Shown here in pieces: positions 1 through 7,929 of a stretch of DNA of 24,000 bases. The stretch spans positions 1 to 24,000 of the forward strand of contig JACMME010000294.1 of assembly GCA_014379205.1 (NCBI GenBank), in the 5' to 3' direction. The DNA comes from Gemmatimonadaceae bacterium. GTDB taxonomy: Bacteria; Gemmatimonadota; Gemmatimonadetes; Gemmatimonadales; Gemmatimonadaceae. Every line of letters starts with the position of its first letter. Positions within the stretch are counted from its first letter, which is position 1. The notes beneath the pieces were generated by a model. It was given only the letters and a program-made list of their open reading frames with translations. It was not told the DNA's origin and did no database searches. A program made the translations under genes and the position numbers.

Positions 1-625
1 TTGCATGCGCAATGCGGGGGGCGAGGTCACGCGCCGGGTTGATCGCATAACCCGTCGGGCCGCCAAGCGCCAGACCGATCACCCACACCAGCAACGCCAC
101 CGGAAGTGCACCCAGCGAACCGAGGCTGATGTTTGTGATCGCGCCGCCGCTCTCCATCGTCGCACCTTTGATCAGCAGAACGCCGAACACCAGCGCAAAC
201 GTGCCGATAGCCTCCGAGATCAGATTGGTAGTGCTGTTGCGAATTGCCGGGCCAGTGGAGAACACTGCCAGCTTGAGGCCGGCATCGGAGGTCGCCTCCC
301 AATGGGGCAGGAAGTGCAGCCACACCAGTACGGCCCCGATAAATGCGCCGATGAATTCACCCACGAGGTACAGCGGCACGTCGCCCCAACCAATCGCGCC
401 GGTAAGGGCCAAACCGATGGTCACCGCCGGATTGAGATGTGCGCTGCCGCCCAGTGCAAGAGACGCGAACACACCGACGAAGACGGCCAGGCCCCAGCCG
501 GTGGTGATGACAATCCAACCTGAATTTTGGCCCTTGGATTTGTTGAGCAACACATTCGCGACCACGCCGTCGCCCAACAGAATCAGCAGCATGGTGCCGA
601 TAATTTCGCCAATGAGGATATTCAT
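1..625 (-). CDS. glpF: Glycerol uptake facilitator / aquaglyceroporin (MIP family); C-terminus cut by the left window edge
   Basis: Absent from the supplied ORF track because it runs off the edge. The reverse complement from ATG (cat at 623-625) reads MNILIGEIIGTMLLILLGDGVVANVLLNKSKGQNSGWIVITTGWGLAVFVGVFASLALGGSAHLNPAVTIGLALTG...FSTGPAIRNSTTNLISEAIGTFALVFGVLLI...GGPTGYAINPARDLAPRIAHA, with no stop down to nt 2. Both MIP-family NPA boxes are present (minus strand, nt 425-433 and 32-40). It closely resembles Bacillus-type GlpF as I remember it (GEVIGTMLLI..., VFSTGP, GYAINPARDLGPRIAHA). Confidence 0.9.
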   Translation of the reverse strand, partial: MNILIGEIIGTMLLILLGDGVVANVLLNKSKGQNSGWIVITTGWGLAVFVGVFASLALGGSAHLNPAVTIGLALTGAIGWGDVPLYLVGEFIGAFIGAVLVWLHFLPHWEATSDAGLKLAVFSTGPAIRNSTTNLISEAIGTFALVFGVLLIKGATMESGGAITNISLGSLGALPVALLVWVIGLALGGPTGYAINPARDLAPRIAHA

Positions 626-822
626 GTGAAGCCGCCGGGAGCGAGGTGAAACAGGATGGGTCGGGAGAAGCGATTTGTGAAGCGAAGGTTCACGACATCA
701 CCTGCAGTTCAACGCGAACGATGAGCAGCACCCGCTGTCCAACGTCCGTGGCGCGAGGAACGAGCGACTCACCTACGACGGGCTCGAGTGACATATTCTC
801 GAATTCGTTCGCCGGCCAATCA

Positions 823-909
823 GTCATTGCGAGTCGCTAAGCGGCGAAGCAATCTCTTCTTTGGACTCAAACGGAGATTGCTTCGGACACTGCGTGTCCT
901 CGCATTGAC
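823..909. repeat. Nested imperfect palindrome, REP/MITE-like intergenic element
   Basis: Inner arms CGAAGCAATCTC (845-856) and GAGATTGCTTCG (874-885) are perfect reverse complements around a 17-nt loop. Outer arms GTCATTGCGAG (823-833) and CTCGCATTGAC (899-909) pair with one mismatch. From memory, the CATTGCGAG...GAAGCAATC core belongs to a palindromic repeat family seen in many environmental bacterial genomes. That family spawns spurious small ORFs with ...AKRRSNL... and ...VIAS... peptides, exactly as in track ORFs 646..840 and 788..1030. Confidence 0.55.
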
Positions 910-941
910 TCCGGTGTGCCACAACATTGAGAGGAAATGTC

Positions 942-2504
942 ATGCAGGATCAATCGATTTGTCGCGAGTGCACACCAGGCATTCGGACCTTGCATCTGTT
1001 CATGGCGCTCGTCGCCATGGTTGCATCTAATATGACAAACGTCGCCGCGCTGTCAGCGCAAGAACAGACAGCAGAGCAACAAGCCGCGCAGGCGCGCAAT
1101 GAGAAACTCATCTCCCGGGGGAAGTCACTCGAGCTCCCTACCAAGTACGCACCGCCACCGGGCGATCCGCTGGAGCACCATGCTTCCGGTTTCGCCAAGA
1201 TCATGTGCTCCGCGGTTTTTATAACCGGATTGGATCCTGATTTTGCCGCTGAGAATGTTGGTTATTTCACGGGACCGTCCGAAGAGCGCACGAAGATGGG
1301 CAAACCGGTCATAGATCGCGCCGAGCGCACCGTCAAGGTTGTTCTGCCGAATGGCGTGATCCGCACCGCGAAGCACCTTGGCAGCCAGGGATGCGTGACG
1401 CTGCCTATCGGACAAGACACGGTGCAGTTCACGCCCGTTAAGGTCACGAGCAAATTCCCTGATGCATCCACGCAGCCGTGGCCGATGGGGGACCGGCTGC
1501 CGACAACGCCGTTCCCCAAGGCGCTCGACTCAGCCAAGGTGGCCGAGGCGGTCAACGCCGCTTTCGATTCTGCGAGCGAAATGACAGCGGCTTTCGTCGT
1601 GACCTGGAAAGGGCGCCTTATCGGCGAGCGGTACGGCGATGGCATCACGGCGAGTACGCCGCTGGAGAGCTGGTCCATGGGCAAGAGCCTTACGGCAACG
1701 CTGATGGGAGTCCTCATCAAGCAGGGCGTCTACTCACTGTCACAGCCAGCGCCGATTCCTGAATGGCAGGCGCCCGGCGATCCGCGCGCCAGGATCCGCA
1801 TTGCCGACATTCTGCACATGTCGAGCGGAATACGAATCCGTGCACCCCAGGATCCCGACTACGATCCGTCGCTGGGCTATCCCGACCACATTTACCTGTA
1901 CACGGGAAGCGTCAACTCATTTAAATACGCGGCGACTCGTCCGCAACAGTGGGCGCCAAACACCGTCGGCCGCTACCGCAACACCGATCCCGTCCTCATC
2001 AACTATCTCATCCGCCTCGGCGTCGAAAAGCACGGCGAAGAGTACCTGTCGTTCCCGCAGCGCGCGCTGTTCGACAAGATCGGTATTCGCACGATGGTGA
2101 TGGAAACGGATCCCTTCGGAAACTTTCTCACGCAGGGTTACGAGTTCGCGTCGGGGCGCGACTGGGCACGGCTGGGCAACCTTTACTTACAGGACGGAGT
2201 CTGGAAGGGCGAGCGGATCCTGCCACAGGGTTACGCCAAGTTCGTGAGCACCTTGGCCTCTGCCTGGAAGGCCGACAACCGGCCGATCTACGGCGGATTC
2301 TTCTGGATCAATGGAGAGGGTGAGCTGCCGGTGCCGCGCGAGGCGTACTACATGGCTGGTGCTGGTGGCCAGACGACATTGATCATTCCGTCGCACGATC
2401 TCGTGGTGGTGCGACTCGGACACTACAAGGGGAGTGAAGTGGGATCCAGCGGCTTCAACAGAGCATTAACGCTTCTTATGCAGACGGTCCCGCGAAGCAA
2501 GTGA
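942..2504 (+). CDS. Serine hydrolase of the beta-lactamase/transpeptidase-like family (PF00144 type), probably exported
   Basis: The long ORF is 927..2504. I prefer ATG 942, which is preceded by GAGGAA (931-936); 927 is a TTG. SxxK nucleophile motif SMGK at nt 1674-1685 (ESWSMGKSLTATLMGVLIKQG). A Y-x-N-like element is present (GRYRNTDP). The C-terminal AGAGGQTTLIIPSHDLVVVRLG is typical of the family's last strand. The N-terminus has a hydrophobic signal-like stretch (LHLFMALVAMVASNMTNVAALSAQ). Confidence 0.8.
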   Translation: MQDQSICRECTPGIRTLHLFMALVAMVASNMTNVAALSAQEQTAEQQAAQARNEKLISRGKSLELPTKYAPPPGDPLEHHASGFAKIMCSAVFITGLDPDFAAENVGYFTGPSEERTKMGKPVIDRAERTVKVVLPNGVIRTAKHLGSQGCVTLPIGQDTVQFTPVKVTSKFPDASTQPWPMGDRLPTTPFPKALDSAKVAEAVNAAFDSASEMTAAFVVTWKGRLIGERYGDGITASTPLESWSMGKSLTATLMGVLIKQGVYSLSQPAPIPEWQAPGDPRARIRIADILHMSSGIRIRAPQDPDYDPSLGYPDHIYLYTGSVNSFKYAATRPQQWAPNTVGRYRNTDPVLINYLIRLGVEKHGEEYLSFPQRALFDKIGIRTMVMETDPFGNFLTQGYEFASGRDWARLGNLYLQDGVWKGERILPQGYAKFVSTLASAWKADNRPIYGGFFWINGEGELPVPREAYYMAGAGGQTTLIIPSHDLVVVRLGHYKGSEVGSSGFNRALTLLMQTVPRSK

Positions 2505-2540
2505 TTTGGAATCGCGGCGTTCACGTGCGAGCCAGCAGCG
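2485..2540. repeat. Direct repeat copy A (pairs with 4725-4780)
   Basis: CGGTCCCGCGAAGCAAGTGATTTGGAATCGCGGCGTTCACGTGCGAGCCAGCAGCG aligns with 4725-4780 at roughly 80-85 percent identity by eye, with two or three 1-nt gaps. It covers the last codons and stop of the hydrolase gene (TVPRSK*). On the minus strand it holds a degenerate copy of the permease 3' end (..SLLART* versus ..GPLARA*). Confidence 0.65.
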
Positions 2541-2643
2541 ATCTCAAGAGATACCAATTGACGCGCTGACCGCCAGTATGACTTATCCTAAGGCCACCGA
2601 CGGACTCGCCCTTCCCTTCATCCTCTAGCGGACAAACCTAGTC

Positions 2644-4719
2644 ATGCAGAGATCTTGTATTCATCCCCGGAAATGGCACGGGTTCGTAATCCTCCTCTCG
2701 CTTGTCACGCCCGTTGCCGCCGTTACGGCGCAGGCGGGACGGGATACCACGCGCCGCGATTCGACCATCCAGCGAATGGAGCAGGTTATCGTGACCGGGG
2801 CGCGTAGCCCCGCGCTTGTTGGCGGCGCGGCGGCGGTCGTCGTTGCGCCAAGCGAGCTCAACGTCACGCCGGCACCATCACTTCAGGAGGTGCTGCGACA
2901 AGTCCCTTTCGTCCTGGTCCGCCAGAACTCGCGCGGTGAAATGGAAATCTCGGTGCGCGGATCAGAGTCGCGTCAGGTCGCAATGATGCTCGACGGCCTT
3001 CCGCTGACCATCGGCTGGGATCATCGCGCCGACCCATCGCTCATCCCGGCAAGCGGCGTACAAAGTGTAAAGCTCATCCGCGGCCTGTCATCGCTTCTCG
3101 ACGGGCCCAACACCCTCGGCGGGGTGATCGATATTGGGCTCGGACGCTCGGATCTGGGTCCCTCGCCACGAAGCGAGCTGGTAGTTGGTACGGGCGTCGA
3201 CACGTATGGCGCAGTGGTAGCCAGCGTCGTCGGGGGAGCGCGGCGGTCAGTCACAACCGCGAGCTCGGTCTCGTTCCGTGCCGGCGGAGGGTACCATAAT
3301 CGCGATGGCTTTGCGCGGGCAGACGACGTAATCGACATTGGCGCGGAAGACGACATCCGACTCAACACGCAATACCGTCAATATGATGGATTCGCCGCGA
3401 TACGTTGGCAGGGAGCTAAGGGGCGCTACCTTGCCGCCACTGCAACCGGATACAGCACCGAACGCGGCGTCGCTCCGGAGCTACACGTCGAGCAGCCGCG
3501 TTTCTGGAAGTATCCGAATCAGTCACGTGTTCTGGGCATCCTTTCAGCCGGTACTGGCCTGGTCGCCACGCCTTTTGGGTTCGGCTCCATCGCTGCGACC
3601 GGCGGTTACAACCGGGGAACGACCGAGATCACCGCTTTCACTGATGCAGCCTACAACGAGGTCACGAACAGGGAGTGGGGCGACGAGCGCCTGTACAATG
3701 GCCACCTTCGCTTGTCGCACTCGCTGCCGATGGGAGGCGAACTGCGCGCGGCATTCACCGGCGCGCGCGTGCATTACGGCGAAACGCTCGATGACACCCC
3801 GACGACTCAGTATGAGCAACAGCTCTGGAGCAGCGGTGCCGAGGCGCAATTTCCGATTACCAATCGCTTCCTCGTCAGCGGCGGCGTTGTCAACGATGCC
3901 TCCACGACTCCTGAGTCCGGCGGACGTGAGCCACTGGGGCGCTCATCGCGCTGGGGTTGGAGGGTTGGAGCATCGATGTTTGCCTTCGGCGATCGCACTC
4001 GCATCCACGCCAGCGTGAGCGAGCGCTCACGATTCCCAGCACTTCGAGAGTTATACTCCGGTGCGCTCAATCGCTTTGCGCCAAATCCTGATCTCAAGCC
4101 GGAGACGCTTCTCGGAACGGAGGTCGGAGTAACTCTGGTCGCATCGCAAACGGCGGTGCGCACGCTCAGCTTCCAGGTGGTTGGCTTCCATCATGATCTC
4201 GATAACGCAGTCGTGCGCACGACTCTCCCTGCTCCGGACCGGCGATTCCTTCGCATAAATCGCGATCAGGTTCGCACGACAGGTGCTGAATTGTTCGGGA
4301 CCTGGATTCCATCTGCAAGTGGAATTTCAGTGTCGGCCGATCTGCTCGTGCAAGACATTAACGTAAGAGACAAAACGATTTCAAACGGCGATCGATTGCC
4401 GGAGCATCAGCCAGAAGTTCGGGGGGGAATCGAGCTTGACGTGCCTCTGTTCTTCGATTCCCAGGGCATTGCTGCCCTGCGATACGTTGGCGCACAGCAT
4501 TGCCTGAACCCGGACAGCGGCGCGTTTCAAAAGCTGGAGCGCGAGACGGTCGGGAACGTCGGTGTGCAGCGGACGTGGCGTCTTCGTACTGGTCCGGGCA
4601 TTCTGAGCTCCCTCAGGACAATGCTCGCGCTCGACAACGTCACCGACAGCGCGATCTACGATCAGTGTGGTCTCCCGCAGCCTGGCCGGACACTTCGGTT
4701 CGGGATACAGTTACGCTAG
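2644..4719 (+). CDS. TonB-dependent outer-membrane receptor
   Basis: 691-aa ORF with a signal-like N-terminus (HGFVILLSLVTPVAAVTAQA). The plug-domain region reads QRMEQVIVTGARSP...LQEVLRQVPFVLVRQNSRGEMEISVRGSESRQVAMMLDGLPL. A long Gly/Tyr/Asn/Arg-rich beta-barrel body follows. The C-terminal strand is GRTLRFGIQLR, TBDR-like but ending in Arg rather than the usual aromatic residue. Confidence 0.85.
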   Translation: MQRSCIHPRKWHGFVILLSLVTPVAAVTAQAGRDTTRRDSTIQRMEQVIVTGARSPALVGGAAAVVVAPSELNVTPAPSLQEVLRQVPFVLVRQNSRGEMEISVRGSESRQVAMMLDGLPLTIGWDHRADPSLIPASGVQSVKLIRGLSSLLDGPNTLGGVIDIGLGRSDLGPSPRSELVVGTGVDTYGAVVASVVGGARRSVTTASSVSFRAGGGYHNRDGFARADDVIDIGAEDDIRLNTQYRQYDGFAAIRWQGAKGRYLAATATGYSTERGVAPELHVEQPRFWKYPNQSRVLGILSAGTGLVATPFGFGSIAATGGYNRGTTEITAFTDAAYNEVTNREWGDERLYNGHLRLSHSLPMGGELRAAFTGARVHYGETLDDTPTTQYEQQLWSSGAEAQFPITNRFLVSGGVVNDASTTPESGGREPLGRSSRWGWRVGASMFAFGDRTRIHASVSERSRFPALRELYSGALNRFAPNPDLKPETLLGTEVGVTLVASQTAVRTLSFQVVGFHHDLDNAVVRTTLPAPDRRFLRINRDQVRTTGAELFGTWIPSASGISVSADLLVQDINVRDKTISNGDRLPEHQPEVRGGIELDVPLFFDSQGIAALRYVGAQHCLNPDSGAFQKLERETVGNVGVQRTWRLRTGPGILSSLRTMLALDNVTDSAIYDQCGLPQPGRTLRFGIQLR

Positions 4720-4724
4720 AAAGG

Positions 4725-4780
4725 CGGTCCCGCGAAGCAATGGTTTGGGAGTCGCGCGTTCAGGCACGAGCCAGCGGACC
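4725..4780. repeat. Direct repeat copy B (pairs with 2485-2540)
   Basis: CGGTCCCGCGAAGCAATGGTTTGGGAGTCGCGCGTTCAGGCACGAGCCAGCGGACC starts 5 nt after the TBDR stop codon. It contains the real 3' end of the minus-strand permease gene (..GPLARA*, stop at 4760-4762). It also holds a degenerate plus-strand copy of the hydrolase C-terminus (AVPRSN versus TVPRSK*). Confidence 0.65.
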
Positions 4781-6010
4781 CGCCAGTAATCCGGAGAGCA
4801 GCGCGCCGACGACGGTCATCGATAGCCCCCAGATCAGCAGCTTCCGAAACAGATCGCGCGCTGCCACCGGATCCACGACCGACGCCACGCAGAGCGCGCC
4901 GAGGGTGGACAGGGGCGACACGTCTACCAGAGCAGATCCTACGTTTATCGACAGCGCGACGGCAAGCGGGTCACCTCCTCCTATCTCGCTCACGAGACCG
5001 GGCACCATCGGCAGGAACGCGGGAAGTACGACGCCCGACGTGCTGCTGTAGGTCGAGATCACCCCAGTCACGAAAGCGATCACGGCATTGACGGTGGATG
5101 GATTGGCGACCTGCGCGATTATTCGGGTGAACAGGTCCATGCCGCCCGTCTTCTCCAGCACACCAATCAGCATCGTCACGCCCGTCACCATGAAGATGAT
5201 GTCGAGGGGAATTCGCGAGATCACATCCCGTTCGTCCGCAACGCGAGCTAGAACGAGCAACGTACCCGCTGCGAAGGCGGCAAGCCCGACATTCACCCGG
5301 AGAAAGATCGCAGCGAGCATCCACGCCGCGGTTACCCCTATGGTGAGCGAGTGCACCCGCTCGAATCGCGGCGCGGTCACTTCGGTAATTACCGTACGTC
5401 CCGCGCGAAAAAGCCGAGCTCCGCCAAAGATGAAGTACGCCGCGATAGCGACGAGCGCGTGTGCGAGAAAATTCGCGGCCCAGACTTTCCACTCGTGTCC
5501 TGGAAGACCGATCCTCGCCATCAAAGCGTTCACCATCGCACCCACAGCGCTAATGGGCGAGAGATTCCCTGCATTGGCCCCAGTTCCGACCATGATCGCA
5601 CTTAGCAGATTGGAGACACCTGCTTGCGATCCCGTCACCATCGCGATCGGCGCCACTAGCGCGACGCTGGCGATTGCTCCCGGTCCGATAGTGGACAGGA
5701 CGCAGGCGAGGGCAAAAAAGACCAGTGGCAGCAAGCCTGCATTTCCTCGGACAAGTCTGGCCGCGCGAAGCGCAAGCAGGTCCAGGGTGCCGTTGGACTT
5801 CGCAATGGCGAACAGAAATGTCACGCCCGCTAGCGTGATGAAGAGGCTCGATGGGAAGCCCGCGATAACGGCGTCGGCTTTCATGTCCGCAGCGTAGACA
5901 CCGATCGCCCATGCAAGCGAGATGGCGACGAGCCCTACGTTGACGCGCGCGGTCATGCTGAGTCCGATCGCGAGGAGCAATGCAAGCAACGCAAGAACTG
6001 CGGGACTCAA
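4760..6010 (-). CDS. Ion-transporter-superfamily anion permease (CitMHS/SLC13/MatC-like dicarboxylate carrier)
   Basis: A polytopic membrane protein across the whole ORF. It shows the two hairpin-loop repeats typical of IT-superfamily carriers (GTGANAGNLSPISAVG and INVGSALVDVSPLSTLG). The stop at 4760 is firm; the start is uncertain. The track start at 6088 is a TTG lying 44 nt inside the upstream gene. I prefer the in-frame TTG at 6010, preceded by AAGGA (minus strand, 6022-6018) and placed just before the first TM helix (LSPAVLALLALLLAIGL). Confidence 0.75.
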   Translation of the reverse strand: MSPAVLALLALLLAIGLSMTARVNVGLVAISLAWAIGVYAADMKADAVIAGFPSSLFITLAGVTFLFAIAKSNGTLDLLALRAARLVRGNAGLLPLVFFALACVLSTIGPGAIASVALVAPIAMVTGSQAGVSNLLSAIMVGTGANAGNLSPISAVGAMVNALMARIGLPGHEWKVWAANFLAHALVAIAAYFIFGGARLFRAGRTVITEVTAPRFERVHSLTIGVTAAWMLAAIFLRVNVGLAAFAAGTLLVLARVADERDVISRIPLDIIFMVTGVTMLIGVLEKTGGMDLFTRIIAQVANPSTVNAVIAFVTGVISTYSSTSGVVLPAFLPMVPGLVSEIGGGDPLAVALSINVGSALVDVSPLSTLGALCVASVVDPVAARDLFRKLLIWGLSMTVVGALLSGLLAGPLARA

Positions 6011-6044
6011 CTTCTCATCCTTTGTAACGCGAGGTATTCGCCAT

Positions 6045-7529
6045 TCACTGCTTCCAGGGAGGAAGCATGTGCTTCTGCACTTTGCCAAGCGCGGTGCGCG
6101 GAAGCGCCTTCATCCGCACGAATGCATGCGGAGCCTTGAAGGACGCCATCTGTGCACGGCAGCGTTCGGCGAGCACCGAGTCGTGAAGGCCGTCCTCGGC
6201 GACGATGTATGCGATGGGAATTTCTCCGCGCACGGAGTCCGCGACTCCGACCACAGCTGCCTCGCTCACACGCGAATCCTCCAGCAACAGCTCCTCGACT
6301 TCGCGCGGATAGATATTGAACCCGCCGGAAATGATCATGTCGCCGCGCCTGCCGCGCAGTGCGTAGTAGCCGTCGGCCGAGCGAACGGCGAGATCCCCGG
6401 TGCGAAACCAGCCGTCGGTGAATGCCGCAGCCGTCGCATCGGCTTGGCGCCAGTATTCGGCGCACAGTGCGGGACTGCGTATGTGCACTTCTCCCACTTC
6501 GCCATCGGCAACGAGTGCGTCGTCACTTCCCACGAGTCGCACTGACACCCCGGGCAAAGGGACGCCGACAGTTCCCGCCCGCCGCTCGCCTTCGTACGGG
6601 TTGCTGCTGATCATCAAGGACTCGCTCATACCGTAGCGCTCCAGGATGACATGGGCGTAGCGCTTGTCAAACGCCTCGAGCACATGCGCTGGAAGGGGCG
6701 CAGAGCCAGAGACGAAGAGCCGAGCGCTTGCGCCGATGAGTTTCGCGTCGAGGTCGGAAATCACCGCCGGGTCGAGCAGGCGCACGTACATCGTCGGCAC
6801 CCCAAAGAACAGCGTGGGAACGAAATCGCGGAATATCGAGGCTACTGTCCTCTGGTCGAACCGCTCGGCGAGCCGCATGAGACAACCGCTGATGAGCCAA
6901 CAGTGTATGCCGTTGCCCAACCCGTGCACGTGAAAGAGCGGCAGGACGGCGAGGTATCGATCCGCGTCGGTAATTCGCCAGCAGCTCACGAGGTTGACGC
7001 CGTTCGCGGCGAGGTTGTTGTGCGACAGCACGGCCCCTTTTGCGGCGCCAGTAGTGCCCGAGGTGTACACGATCATCGCCGGCTCGTCGCCATCCAGCGG
7101 TGTCAGGAGCCTCGTAGCTGGCCGCTCGGCGGCAGCCGCTGCCAGCTCTTCGACACGCCATAAAACGGCACCGTCAGGATAAAGCTCGTCGGACTCGCTC
7201 GGCGTCACCACCGCTTTGGGATCGCAGTCGCCAATGATGTGTCGGAGCTCGCGCTCCCGGTACAGCGCGTTCATCGGAACGAAGATCACGCCCAGCCGCG
7301 TGCATGCGAGGAAGAGGTCGATGAATTCGATTCGGTTTGTGATATGGACACACAGTCGGTCACCCTGCGCCACACCACGCGCGCGCAGCTCGTGCGCCAT
7401 CTGATTGGCGCGTGCTTCGACCTGGCCGAAAGTGAGGGCATGCAACGTCCCGCCAGCGTCGTAGTACTCGAGCGCGGTAGTGTCGGCGCGACCGATGAGC
7501 GAGAGATCGAACAGAGCTGTAAGGTGCAT
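6045..7529 (-). CDS. matB: AMP-forming acyl-CoA synthetase, malonyl-CoA synthetase (MatB)-like
   Basis: Adenylate-forming core motif YTSGTTGAAKG (minus strand, nt 7035-7067). Other blocks match my memory of rhizobial MatB: LPLFHVHGL, GVPTMYVRLL, RLFVSGSAPLP, ILERYGMSE, SNPYEGERRAGTVGVPLPG, ISGGFNIYPREVE, LPRTALGKVQK. The family call is firm; malonate specificity is inferred at about 0.6. I chose the start at ATG 7529 (MHLTALFDLSLIG...). The 50-aa upstream extension of track ORF 6045..7679 is Arg/Ser-rich and unlike any ligase N-terminus. Confidence 0.85.
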   Translation of the reverse strand: MHLTALFDLSLIGRADTTALEYYDAGGTLHALTFGQVEARANQMAHELRARGVAQGDRLCVHITNRIEFIDLFLACTRLGVIFVPMNALYRERELRHIIGDCDPKAVVTPSESDELYPDGAVLWRVEELAAAAAERPATRLLTPLDGDEPAMIVYTSGTTGAAKGAVLSHNNLAANGVNLVSCWRITDADRYLAVLPLFHVHGLGNGIHCWLISGCLMRLAERFDQRTVASIFRDFVPTLFFGVPTMYVRLLDPAVISDLDAKLIGASARLFVSGSAPLPAHVLEAFDKRYAHVILERYGMSESLMISSNPYEGERRAGTVGVPLPGVSVRLVGSDDALVADGEVGEVHIRSPALCAEYWRQADATAAAFTDGWFRTGDLAVRSADGYYALRGRRGDMIISGGFNIYPREVEELLLEDSRVSEAAVVGVADSVRGEIPIAYIVAEDGLHDSVLAERCRAQMASFKAPHAFVRMKALPRTALGKVQKHMLPPWKQ

Positions 7530-7717
7530 GACGATGCGTCGTGGCTGTCGCCGGATCGCTGAGCCGCTACTTGGAGTCGCGCTGGTTAGGGCACGGGATA
7601 ATTCACGTGACGGGGCTAATGTATCTCTTACCTCGCACGATCGCGATTGACATGCTCGGGTTTCCGCGGTCCGCAGCACGAATCAGCGAACATACTTGGC
7701 GTTGTCGATGGCCTGTG

Positions 7718-7758
7718 ATTATGTGACCTGCCCCATTATGTTTCCTTTGTGTCCTGCC
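7718..7758 (+). promoter_or_regulatory. Direct-repeat pair in the leader of the polysaccharide operon (candidate regulator site)
   Basis: ATTATGT occurs at 7718-7724 and 7735-7741. TGTGACCTGCC (7722-7732) recurs as TGTGTCCTGCC (7748-7758) with one mismatch. The pair lies about 170-210 nt upstream of the wza-like start. There is no functional evidence. Confidence 0.2.
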
Positions 7759-7929
7759 AGGGGAATGTACCGAATCCCCCCATAGCACGTATGCGCTTGA
7801 CGCCGTGCCCAGTCGAATCCTGTCCCTGCGAGCGGCTGCCTTTCTATTACTTCGGCCTTCGACTCGCGCGGCTGTAACCCAGAGCGTCGCTCCTGAACTC
7901 GTTCGATTCCTTACACCGTACTACCTTGG

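Noticed and set aside
646-1030. Small plus-strand ORFs 646..840 and 788..1030
   Set aside because: Their sequences (…QSVIASR, …VAKRRSNLFF…LRVLA…) are read-throughs of the palindromic element at 823-909, not genes.
2505-2643. Possible riboswitch (cobalamin/TPP) or promoter upstream of the TonB-dependent receptor
   Set aside because: The region is only about 140 nt, and I found no B12-box or TPP CUGAGA/ACCUGA core. TTGACG (2558-2563) has only a poor -10 partner, too weak to call.
3338-4018. 226-aa alternative-frame ORF inside the TBDR gene, plus other internal ORFs (3021..3368, 3544..3849, 3807..4163)
   Set aside because: They lie in overlapping frames of a gene with coherent TBDR features and have shadow-ORF composition.
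4421-4427. G7 homopolymer inside the TBDR gene (and C7 at 9183-9189 inside wzc) as possible phase-variation tracts
   Set aside because: Seven-base G/C runs are expected by chance in high-GC DNA and are shorter than typical contingency tracts. Both genes are currently in frame. This is worth checking only if population sequencing data exist.
5088-6545. Plus-strand ORFs 5088..5897 (269 aa) and 5922..6545 (207 aa)
   Set aside because: They are antisense to the permease and the ligase and are rich in Ala/Arg/Ser/Thr/Pro. The minus-strand products have clear family motifs.
7530-7679. 50-codon N-terminal extension of the acyl-CoA synthetase ORF
   Set aside because: The extension is Arg/Ser/Thr-rich with no ligase homology. 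ATG 7529 gives an N-terminus and length matching MatB-type enzymes.
7760-7781. Hairpin GGGGA, 10 nt, TCCCC in the EPS leader
   Set aside because: It has a 5-bp stem with a large loop and no T-tract, so it is indistinguishable from chance.
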